Shown here: piece by piece, positions 1-10,345 of the stretch | How positions within the stretch are numbered: the stretch's first letter is position 1 | Layout: every line of letters begins with the position of its first letter | The notes under the pieces: model-generated | What the model was told of the DNA's origin: nothing | The model's database searches: none | What the model saw: the letters and a program-made list of their open reading frames with translations, nothing else | Translations under genes and position numbers: made by a program | Source of the DNA: Geosiphon pyriformis uo1 | Taxonomy: Eukaryota > Fungi > Glomeromycota | Length of the DNA stretch: 35,010 nucleotides | NCBI GenBank assembly: GCA_016748015.1 | Contig: JAAOMT010000008.1 | Span: 1 to 35,010 of the forward strand | Reading direction: 5' to 3'

Positions 1-91
1 CAAGATTTTGTTGATTTTGCCTCTACAACGATAAATTAATATTTTCAAAAATATATACAGGCCAATATCATGCAAAATCGTAATTACTTAC

Positions 92-273
92 TAATATACT
101 GGAAATAGAGCGCAGGCTGAGGCACTAAGAGCCATTACGAATACGTAACAAGTCATAGCGATTTGCCCATAACACTCTAATCTTGCGATAATATACTGGA
201 AATAGAGCGCAGGCTGAGGCACTAAGAGCCATTACATAACAAGTCATAGAGATTTGCCCATAACATTCTAATC
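92..273. repeat. Tandem duplication, period 97 bp (92-182 and 189-273)
   Basis: taatatactggaaatagagcgcaggctgaggcactaagagccattac...taacaagtcatag.gatttgcccataaca.tctaatc occurs twice. Confidence 0.95.
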
Positions 274-564
274 CAAACATCGGCCAAAGGGTTAAACCAA
301 AAGAGCGTAGGATAATATAATAGAATAGATGCTGAGTCACGAAGTCATCACCAGTCTTATTTGTTTCCATCGAGGCATCTTGTAAATTTTGCATCTGCAC
401 CTTCCACTCGTTCTTTTCTACCTCTAGGTTTTTTACTTCCTTTTCTTCTATCCACTTTTTCATTTCCTTTTCGTTCGGATACTCTTCTTTAATTCACTTA
501 ACCTTTCCCTTCAATATCTCGCCATAGTGTTTTGCGTGTTTGTTATGGTTTGGGAAGATATGGC
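92..564 (-). pseudogene. Disrupted exon of an unidentified host gene (hydrophobic C-terminal part, possibly a membrane protein)
   Basis: The frame of ORF 125-463 extends upstream to an AG acceptor at 566-565 but has an in-frame TGA at a likely Trp codon (KVK*IKEE). A GTAAGT donor lies at 91-86. A 97-bp tandem duplication frameshifts the 3' end. CpGs are retained here, unlike in the TE DNA. Confidence 0.4.
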
Positions 565-605
565 CTATATATATGTTTGGTTCGTGTTAATGACGTTTTA
601 GATCT

Positions 606-655
606 TTGATTTATGAGTATAAATTTACTATTGATTTATCAGTATAAATTTACTA
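606..655. repeat. 25-bp tandem duplication
   Basis: ttgatttat(g/c)agtataaatttacta x2. Confidence 0.9.
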
Positions 656-769
656 TTTAGGTTACAAACCCACTATTACTAAATTAATCAGAGTTTTTAA
701 CCTTTGCAGTATCCCTATATAATATCATTGTTATTTAATAATTATTGTATTGTAAATATGTTTAGTTTA

Positions 770-1071
770 GGGAATTGCTAAATCGACCCACCCGCAACAC
801 GTGATATCATTTACGTCATAGTTTCGTATTCAACTATATATAGGAACATATTAACGAAGTGTTTTTTTAATTATAAAACACTATAAATTATTTAAGGCAT
901 AATAAAAAATAGATATATAATCAATATTCAATTTTATATAAGAAAAAGCTATTTTTTATTTTAATTAAACTAATATTTATTAGAATTACTAATAAAATTC
1001 TATATATATTAATATCACGTGTTGCGAGTGGGTCGATTTAGCAAAAAGAGTGGGTCAATTTAGCAATTCCC
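770..1071. mobile_element. MITE / non-autonomous DNA transposon with ~38-bp TIRs
   Basis: Left TIR gggaattgctaaatcgacccacccgcaacacgtgatat (770-807) is the reverse complement of the right end 1012-1071, which carries an internal 22-bp-period duplication. The core is AT-rich and non-coding, and TA flanks both ends. Confidence 0.85.
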
Positions 1072-1289
1072 TATGTTTATTAATTATTTTTGTTTTGTTA
1101 AATTAATCATATATTTTAATATTGAATAAAATTTGTTTTATTAAAAATAATTAAAAAATTTAAAAAAATTATAGAAAACGTATCATGAAAAACTTCTTTT
1201 TCTTATTTTTCAAAGAGAAATTATTTTTGTAAAAAGAAGGTTTTTATTTTTTTATTTTGTTTATTAATATTTCACAAAATACAAATTCT

Positions 1290-1850
1290 TTTGTTTAAGA
1301 ACTGATAATCATTATTAATAATAATTTGACAAAAAAAAGTTGGCTAAAAAAGCTATTTCTGGTCCTGTTGGTAAAAGTTTAAAAAAACAGAATAAAATAA
1401 TATTAATTTGATTATAATTGATTAAGCTATAACAATAAATTATAGTAAAGTTTTATTGAATTAAATTAATTTTTTAATATTTAGTAATTTATTTTAAGTA
1501 GTAAAAATTCAATATATATAAAAATTATTAAAAATTAAATTACTTAAAAACAATTTAAAACTGTATTATTTATTTTATTTATGAACACAATTACATATAA
1601 TTTTAAGAATTTTTTAGAAAAAACTAATAAGAAAATTTTGTGTTATTAATTACATATTTGCTATTAATAACAAAATAAAATATATTATTGTTTGTTTTAA
1701 ACTAAAAAAAACTTATTATATTATTTTTATGTTTAAAAAAATTAATTTATTATGTATTAAATTAGATTTGGTTTTTTATAAAAATTATAATATTTTAATA
1801 TGTTAAGCTAAAATATAACTTTTTAAAAATTAATTAAATTTAATTTTTTA
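1290..1850 (+). mobile_element. Highly degenerate, internally deleted LINE ORF1-like fragment
   Basis: Conceptual translation of 1555-1700 (LKTVLFYFIMNTITYNFKNFLEKTNKK...IIVCFK) parallels 2762-2915 (FKILLYLVFVKINAYNL*DFIGLISRKTYVI...TIICFN). Boundaries are approximate. Confidence 0.4.
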
Positions 1851-4800
1851 AAATTCTTTCTTTCTTGTATCCTAAATTCCTAAAAAAGTATGATATTTTT
1901 GAAAATTCTTTTTCTGTTTTTAATAATTTTGCTATTGAAATTAATGCTGGTGCTTCTTAAAAATCATTAAAAACTGGTAAAATAAGTAATTTAACTCTGA
2001 CAACACAACTAATACAAAGAATATAGATATAAAAAAAGTTTTTTGTTGAAAAAACCAGCTTTTAACTTGGTAGTAATAATAAATCAGAGCAAAAAAATGT
2101 TAACATAACTTCTAAAAGGCTGAACAAAATTATTAATAAATGTATTTTTGGAAAACTTTATGAGTAAATTAATTTTAATGTTAATAATAATATTGAAAAT
2201 AATATTTTAAATAAGTTTCTGTTTTTTTTTCTTTTTTTTTTTCTTAAGCTTTTGGTTTATATTTTGGTTTGCGAATTATTTGTTTTAAATATCAATTTTT
2301 TAGCCATCATTAAAAAGTCAGTCTAGAATAAATTAAAGATTATTAAGAATATATTTTCTGATATAAATAGTTTTGGAAGAATTTTTATTTTTTTAAAATT
2401 TAACAGAATTATTTAAATATTTTTTACTTCAGAAAAAGCAATATTAACTATGATTAGTAAATTATTATAATATTATAATAAATACTAATCTTAAATATTC
2501 AATAAACAATTAAATAAATCAAGCAATTATCATAAAAAAAAATTTAAAAAAATATCTGTAGAAACTATGTAAATTACACTTATTAATTTTGGTAATATTA
2601 AATTAATTAAGATATAATTGATAAAACTATAACAAAAAATAACCATAAAATTAGATGATCAAATTCAAGCTAATGTGTTAATATCTAAATATCTATTTTT
2701 ATTGTAAAAATATGATTTATATAATAAAAGCCAATATTAATAAATAATTATAAAATTTTAAAGATAAGTTTAAAATTTTGCTTTATCTAGTTTTTGTAAA
2801 AATAAATGCTTATAATCTTTGAGATTTTATTGGATTAATTAGTAGAAAAACCTATGTAATTTATTAAAATCTAATTAATTATATTTATATTAAGTATACT
2901 ATTATTTGTTTTAACTTTAAAAAAAATTTGGTTAAAATTATTACTATATTTTCTGTTATAAAAAGTATTACTTTTTATTAATTGTATTTGTCTTTAGCTT
3001 TATGTTTAATTTGTAATTGGCAAATTTTTTTTTAATTTGGTTTTTTAAGTAAAGTCAAACTTTTTTTGATAATTGTAAATTTAATAATAAAATAATTTAA
3101 CAATCAAAAACAATTTTGCCAGCTTTGTAAAACAGATTAATAAGTTGGCTAAGAGATTAGATACTGTTATTAAAGATTTTTTTATTTTTATTTAATGTTA
3201 TTAATATTATATTGTTATTTATTCTGCTGTTAATAAAAATTAATAAATTTTTAATAAGTTAATTTTTTTTTAAAGTATTTTTCCATACTTTAAACCATAT
3301 ATGCTGTTAAGTTTATAATAAAATAACCAATTTAATGTCGATTACTTATAGTTACTTTATAGTAAAAGTTAATTTTTTTACAAAAAAATTTTCTTTGTAA
3401 GTTTTTTAAAAATATCTATAATTATTTTACTGTAAAAATCAACTTTTCTACAGAAAATTTTAATTATAGACTACTTAATAATATAAAAAAAAATAAAAAA
3501 TAAAAATAAAAAATAAACTAAAAAAAATAAAAATGTGTTAAAAAAATTGGTTTGAATTTAAATTTAAAAGTTATTAAAATTAGTAACTAATCAATTTCAA
3601 AATATTAGTATAAAATAGTTAATTTTAAAACAAAAATAATTAAGAATTTTTATTGTTTTTTTTTTAAAGTAAGTTTTATTAAAATTAATTTATATAAAAA
3701 ATAGTTTTTACTAAAATATCTAATAAAAAATACTAAAAAAATATTGATAAAGATATATTTTCTTAAAGAAAAAAGCTTTTTTTTATATAATATATTATAA
3801 TACTATTCTATAATTTAGCACTTTTTTTCTAATATTTTGGCAAACTAAAAATACATTTTATTAAACTACATATTATTTCTGTAAACTATAAATTATTTTA
3901 ATGAACTATTAAATATTTTATTGAATTATTAAATATTTCAGCAAATTCTAAATATTATCTAATTTAATATATTATATAATCTAATCATTACAATTTGGTT
4001 ATATTTGTGTTCTGTATAAATCAAATTATTAATTAAATAAAAATTCAGATAATTTAATAATATAATAAATAATAAATTAAAATAATAATATATACTAGTT
4101 AATAATAAGAATTATAAAAATAATTTTATTTAATTAATATTTTAAATTTTGATTAGTAACAATGTATTTGTGTTAATAATTTTCCAATCTAATTTTAAAT
4201 ATTAACTATTAATAATTTTTTTATTATAAAATTAGATAAGTAATATAATAATAATAAAAATTTAAATATATTTACTAATAATAAAATTATTATAAAGCTG
4301 AGTTTTTTAGTATTTTCAAATATAATCAATTTAAAAACTTAGTTAGAAAATTTGTTAAGCTTAATTATCAATTTACTAACAAGATTTAATCATTTAGTTT
4401 TGGTTTAAAATGTATTTTTTTCTTTAATATATTAATAGTTAGTCTTATTTAAAAAATAATTACTTGTAATTTTAGAAAAATAAATGTTTTTGCTAAGCAG
4501 AATAATATTATTAAGTAGTATTGTTATGAATAAACTTAATAGTATATGATAGTAATATTTAGTGTTCAAAATTTGGGTTTTTAGAGAGCTTTTGAAGATT
4601 TTTTTTGGTAAACTTATTTGGTATGTCAATATTCTCAGTCTTTAAAGATTTTTTTTGATTGATATAAATTTATTCATGAAGTTCTTTGGTTATAAGACAC
4701 AAAGATATAGTTTTATAGTGTTATAATTTTGTATATATAAGTTATTTTTTCCAAGCTAATTGAATGCAGTTACTAGAATTTAGCAGTATATTTTTGCTTT

Positions 4801-4915
4801 TCTGATAAGCTAACAAGATAATGTTAATATCTAATTTTAGAAAGAGCTTTCTTTTTTTATTAGGCTATCATAAAGTCTATTTTTAAACAGTCAATTTTCT
4901 TATATTGCTGCTTTA
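1850..4915 (+). mobile_element. Degenerate LINE (non-LTR retrotransposon): ORF1 relic, N-terminus of APE endonuclease, large deletion, ORF2 C-terminus; interrupted by a solo LTR-A
   Basis: 4441-4520 translates SLI*KIITCNFRKINVFAKQNNII, a mutated APE motif I (W-K-x-x-T-x-N-V-R-G). The ORF1 frame is continuous across the LTR insertion (KRLD|..FV). The element ends at an A-rich tract at ~4916. The ORF1 assignment rests partly on recalled similarity to Glomeromycotina repeat ORFs. Confidence 0.6.
3165..4161 (-). mobile_element. Solo LTR-A copy 1 (heavily mutated), 4-bp TSD ATAC/ATGT (ancestral ATGC)
   Basis: Collinear reverse complement of 6237-7248 (e.g. aaattagtaactaatcaatttcaaaatattag; caacttttctacag). 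Termini are tgttatt (3165) and tagtaaca (4161); flanks are atac 3161-3164 and atgt 4162-4165. Confidence 0.85.
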
Positions 4916-5506
4916 TAAAAGAAAATAAAAATAAAAAAAGAAAAAGAAAAAAAGAAAAATTAGTATTATTAATTGTCATGATTAAAAACAATTGGTCCAA
5001 GTTATATTAATTTAAGATAGTTTTATGCTAAGAACATTTGGCCAAAAATAAAGATAAAAACAAGATTAATTCAGTTAATATATAAAAACAAAAATTATAT
5101 AAATATAAATTTTGAGTTTTTAATATTTTTTTTATTTCAATAATATAAGATATAAGATATAAGTAGAAAAAAATTGATTTTTGTCTATCTGCCTATATTT
5201 TTATCTTCTATAATTACTCTTTTTTATATATTTTTTTTAGTTCTATAAGACTGTTTTTGATCATTTTGTTATTATTAATTATTGCTTGCTATTTTTATTA
5301 TTGCTTTATTTCTCTATATTATTATTAATTATTCTAAGTTTGACTAGTTTTTTTGTGCTATATTGTATTTTTGCATTTTGTATTGTGTTATCTTAAGTTA
5401 TTATACATTATTTTGTGTTTTTTTATATTATTATGTGTTATTTTATGTTATTATATTTTAATCATGTTTTTTTATAACTTGGATTGGTTTTTTTATTTAG
5501 GTAATA
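4916..5506 (-). repeat. LTR-B of E1, 3'-truncated at its T-tract by the LINE
   Basis: PPT then TATTAC start as in the other LTR-B copies. It has ~10-bp U3 repeats (5350-5460) like 34360-34500, and 4960-5000 matches 9047-9095 and 25480-25527. Confidence 0.7.
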
Positions 5507-5525
5507 TTATCTCTTTTTTTTAAAA

Positions 5526-6189
5526 TTAAGCTTTTGCAAAATCATATATATCTGTAATATTTGTATTTTCTGTGTAGTATTTAATTATTGTGTTAAATAT
5601 TGCTTTTTGTAGATCTTCAAACTATGTATTTGTTATTTGTTCTATGTTGTTAACTATAATAGTTTTTAGAGAACTGTCTAACAATATGATTAAACAGTAT
5701 TTAAATACTACATATAATCAATATACTGCTTTGTAGTATAGTGTTAAATTGTTTTTTCTTATAAATATTTTTATTTGTTTAAGAACTTCTTTGTTGAATA
5801 TTTATTCGTTAAGATTTTCATATAGTGTCCTCAATCTTATTTATTTACCAATCTTATAGAATCAGTAGACTAGTAAAAGTCTTTCTTTTTATACTCTAGA
5901 GTTTTCAGATGTTTATTTTCTTGTTACTGGTTCTAATGCTGGCCTGCTCAAAGTTTTTTTTATTTTTTTGAGCTTGGTTTAACACATATCTCTTTTTTTT
6001 TTCTTTTTTTTGATTATTTATAGGAATAGAAATGTTCAGTTCTAATTGAATTCTTGCCCATTTTTTTTTGCTACTGTCTTTGTATTATATTTTTTTTCTA
6101 TTAATTGTAATTTTTATTTGGATTGTGAATTGTTAAATTGTCTTAAATAGTTGTTTTGAAAGTTTTAAAATTTGATTTAAGAGATCTAT
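5526..6189 (-). pseudogene. ORF-X subtype 2 (unknown protein 3' of integrase)
   Basis: Homologous to 33492-34261 (DL..QILKLSKQLF..I; FNKE...Q...FI.K.NL.L.YK.). Confidence 0.7.
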
Positions 6190-6236
6190 ATTAAGAGTTT
6201 TATTGTTTTTTTTGCTGTTTTGGCTGTTATATATAC

Positions 6237-7248
6237 TGTTACCAGTAGAATTTTAGCCATTAATTAACATGAAATTACCCTTATAATTCCTATAATTAAT
6301 TAGTATATTAATATCATTTCAAATTATCATTTATTATTTAATCAATTATCACATATCACGATTCAATTAAAAATAATCTAATTAGTATAACAGAAAGTAG
6401 GATGATCAAATTACACAATACTCTGAACTTTGTAACATTCTAAAATTCGCCGAAATTTACAGAAATTCGCCGAAATTTATAAGAAATTCGCCGAAATTAC
6501 AGAAATTCGCCGAAATTATGAATAGTTCACCCAAATTAATCAATAGTTCAGCGAAATAACTTGTAGTTCATTAAAATGTATCTTTAGTTCACCAAAATTT
6601 GAGCAAAGAGGAAAAGTGCAAGTTCATAGACTAGTACTACAACAAGTTGTATAAAAGAAGAGCTTTTCTCTTCAAGAAAATGTATCTTACTTTAGATTTA
6701 TCACTTAGAACCATTCCTACACACACAAAAAAAAATAAATATCAAATAATTTGAAAAACCAAATTCTTTAATTATTGCACTTGGAAAATCCCCAAAACCC
6801 AACTAACGTTTTGAAATTGATTAGCGACCAATTTCAGTAAACTGTTAGTGACTCCAGGCCTGGATAGAAAACGTTTCCCTTGATAAAATCCTATTTCTTT
6901 TACACTTCTTTTATTTTTTTTTTCTTTTCTTATTACAATTATTAGGGTAGCCTACAGACAAGATTTCTGTAGAAGAGTTGACTTTCACAGCAAAGTAACT
7001 ACACATTTTTAGTAAGCTTCTAGATGAGCAATTCCTGGGAAAGAGTTGACGTTTACTACAACGTAACTACATAAAGTAACTGGCAAGGAATTGGCCATTC
7101 CACTTATAAGCCCAGCAGTTCAAATTATAGGAGATAATTTGAAGATAAATTCAGTTATTGGAGGTTCAACTACTTCTAGAAAACGTGAATTTGCAATCGA
7201 CAGACAGTTACAACATTCAAGAAAAGAGACCAAAAACCTCCAGTAACA
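6237..7248 (+). mobile_element. Solo LTR-A copy 2 (1012 bp), perfect 4-bp TSD ATAC
   Basis: Termini TGTTACCAG...CCAGTAACA; ATAC at 6233-6236 and 7249-7252; TATAAAA at ~6650 and AATAAA at ~6733; high similarity to 12645-13604, 28139-28977 and 34701-35010. Confidence 0.95.
6442..6598 (+). repeat. ~20-bp tandem repeat (aaattcgccgaaatttacag-like) in the U3 of LTR-A
   Basis: Four near-perfect aaattcgccgaaatt units followed by degenerate agttca.cgaaat units; decayed versions occur in the other LTR-A copies. Confidence 0.9.
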
Positions 7249-7284
7249 ATACTTAAATTTTTTAATTAAATAGTTGTATGTTGA

Positions 7285-8641
7285 TTATGTTTTAATAACA
7301 ATAATTAGTTCTAAATTTCGTGATATATTTTCTGGTTTAATTAATAAAATCTGTGTTTTTAGTTACAGTATAAATGATAATGTTTCTTGGTTTGTATAAT
7401 AAAGTTTTAACCAATTTTTATGTGCTACTTTCTTTAAAATTTTGTTTTTTAATCTTAATTTGTAAGCTCCATTGCCTAAAACTTTGTGTATGTGAAATAG
7501 ACTGTTTCACTTTGGGTCAAATTTTTCATTCCACTGTTTTTTAATTTTTGTATAATGTAATAGCATTTGGTTTCTAATTTTGAATTCAATTGGTTAATCA
7601 GATAAGCAATTATTATGTCTTTCTTTATATTGTTTTTAAGCTTTACTAATATTGTCAGTTGCTGTTTTATGATTGTATTCTAATGTTTTTATAAGCTGAT
7701 ATATTCTTTAATATAAAATAGTTTTAAAATTTTTCTCAGTAATAGTTTCTATTAAGAAAGAAAATATTTCTTGTTTGATAAATAAGATAGTTTTTTTTCC
7801 ATAGATTAGTTTGAATGATATGAACTAAATAGTATTTTGCTTTAATGTTTAATATGCAAATAATACAAAAAATATGAATAAGTTTTATTCTTGTGCATTT
7901 TTATAACTTATTTTTGTTAATGTTTTATACAGTGTTTGGTTAAATTGTTCTACCAGTCTATTTGTTGGTAAGTAATAGAGTGATAATAAAAATTGTTTTA
8001 TTTCAAACTATTGGCTTAGTTTGATTAGCATACTATTGACAAAATGTATTTTTTAGTTAGATAACAATTTTTTAGGCATTCATAATGGCAAATTAAATCT
8101 TGATGTATAAACTCAGCTACTGTTTTAGCATTAACCACTTGGATTGCTTTGGTTTTTGGCCACTCGATAAGATAGTCTACAGTTATAACAATGTAATAAT
8201 TTTTTTTAGATGTAATTAAAAAAAAACCAACCAAATTGATCTCTATTCTATCAAATAAATTTCCAACTGAAATAAATTGAAATGGTTTCATTGTTCTGGC
8301 TTCTTTTTTTCATTGACATAAGTCACAATTGAGGACATATTCAAAGATATTCTTATATATTATCAGCTAATAGTATAAATTTATTATTTTTTCTAAAGTA
8401 GTGTTTTTATTAAAGTGTTTTGCAGTTGGGCCAGAGTGCATGCTATACAAACTAGTTATTTTTTTATTGTCTTTTATAATTTGTTATAAAGTAGTATGGT
8501 TTTGGCATTCTTAATAATATAGTTGATTGTTCTGAATAAAATAATTATAAGCTTGTTTGCATATACCACTTTGTTTTTGTTAAGATAATAGCTTTTTAAA
8601 CTAAAGTGTTAACAAATACTGATGTAATTACTAATAGGTAG
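7285..8641 (-). pseudogene. Gypsy-type integrase (HHCC, DDE core, GPY/F), many stops
   Basis: MHSGPTAKHF...CDLCQ; VDYLIEWPKTKAI; LGNGAYKL. Confidence 0.9.
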
Positions 8642-9659
8642 TATTACAAATAATTATTTGGAGTATAGAAACAAATAACAAATCTGTAACTGGTGTTCAA
8701 TAATTGGTAATATTGGTAATATTTAAAGATTTTGATAATTTGAAGGTTTTGGTTGAGTTTTTTGTATAATGAACAGAGATTCAATAGATGTTTAATAGTT
8801 TTTTAAAATAGTTATTCCATCAAATTTTTTTTTTAATGTGATGGCCAGTTTATTTTAACAGTTATGTCTTTTTGATAAGCTATCTTCAATTTTTGAGTTC
8901 TTTATTCTTATTTCCAGGTCTTTTATTAGACTATTCTTAACATCAAATTACTCAATGCTTAATTTTTTTAATTAGTTAGCAAATCAACAAAACAACAAAA
9001 AAAATATAAAAAAAAATTAAAAATAAATAAATAAAAAATAAAAAATTAGTATCTTGTTAATAGTCATAATTAAGAACTATTGGTTTAATGTGATTAAATT
9101 TTGGATTTTATTAATATAAAGTATTGATAAAATAGAAGCAATGATAATTTCTTTAATTAAATAACAATAATATAGATTTAGGTAATAATTGGTATTTTAT
9201 TGATATGTAATTGAATTCCACTTCAAGTTATAAAAAACTATTTTTTGAAAGAAGAAGTAAAAGATAATTAATTGATTATAAATATTAATTTTAAACTAAA
9301 TTCTAGTATTAATTTTTTTCTGTTTCTAATACTTTTGCTATATATACATATTTTTTATTCTATAAGATCTCATATTTTCTTGAGCAATATGCTCTAATTT
9401 ATTAATATTGCTTATATTGCTAAGCAGTTTGCTCTAATTTACTAACATTGCTTATAATACTGAACAGTATATCATAATTTATTGACATTGTTTATATTGC
9501 TAAACAGTATGCCATAATTTGCTAGCAATGTATATATTGCTAAGCAATATGTTACAATTTTCTAATATTGTGTATCATATATTAAGTACTATTCTCCTAT
9601 TGGTCTATTTTTTTATTCGTTTTTCTAGTCTTTTTTTTTGTATTTTTTTATGAGTAATA
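8642..9659 (-). repeat. 3' LTR-B of E2 (1018 bp)
   Basis: Starts TATTAC after the PPT (aaaaaagaggaaa) and ends GTAATA. TATA block tatatatagcaaaagtattagaa. The distal 450 bp are collinear with 25480-26003. Confidence 0.8.
9380..9580. repeat. 39-bp tandem repeat, ~5 copies, in the U3 of LTR-B
   Basis: Units like gcagtatgccataatttactaacattgcttatattgctaa. Confidence 0.85.
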
Positions 9660-9675
9660 TTATTTCCTCTTTTTT

Positions 9676-10313
9676 AATAGAGCTCTGTCAAAATTTCCAC
9701 TTTAAATTAAATTTATTACTTCTTTTTCTAATATTGTTTGTTCAATTTTGTTTTTTATTTCTTTACATTAAGAATTGTTTATTTTTTCAATTGGTTAATA
9801 GTTATTATTTCTATTTTTTGGTGTAGTAATATTTTTAGATAGTTTTAAAATTATTTTAATATATATTTTTAAATTTGTTTTTTTCTCAATAAACTTTTCA
9901 ATTTATTGTACTATTTCTTAATTGAATATTTTTTTAGATTTATTAATATATAATTCTTGGATATTCAGTTTTTGTCCTAATTAATAATAATAGTATACTA
10001 TTAAAAATTGTTTTATCTATAGTTTCCAGTTTTTTTTGGTTAGTTTCTGTGTTGGAATTATTCTTGGTATTTTTCCAAAAGTGTTCTTTACTTTTTTTAT
10101 GATTTTATTTGACCAATATTTTGTTTAATTTTATAGTTATTGATATGAAGTTGTTCTTGTTTTTTTTTTCTTTTTGAGTTTTAATAGTAAATTGTTTAGT
10201 GATTAATAATAATTTCTATGTCTAATTGTTGTTAATTTATAACTTAGAATAGTTGTTGAGCCATTGTGTAAATATGGTCTGAGATTTTTATCTTTTATTA
10301 TTATTGTTGTTAT
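9676..10313 (-). pseudogene. ORF-X subtype 1
   Basis: ISDHIYTMAQQLF...EIIIN, homologous to 24427-25070. Confidence 0.65.
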
Positions 10314-10345
10314 ATTTACTGTGTCTTTATATATTATTTTGTAGA

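Larger units (their letters stand above)
4916..8641 (-). mobile_element. E1: 3' part of a Ty3/Gypsy element (integrase, ORF-X, PPT, truncated LTR-B); hosts solo LTR-A copy 2
   Basis: Integrase relic 7285-8641, ORF-X 5526-6189, and a purine tract immediately before the LTR start at 5506. Sequence is continuous across the 6237-7248 insertion. Confidence 0.85.

Noticed and set aside
7018-7050. Hammerhead ribozyme ((C/T)AGATGAG...GAAA)
   Set aside because: The core needs CTGANGA, but the legible copies have A at the second position, and stems II/III cannot be built.
9380-9580. CRISPR-like array (also 6442-6598 and 25611-25731)
   Set aside because: The units are contiguous tandem repeats without unique spacers, they lie inside LTRs, and there are no cas genes in this eukaryotic context.
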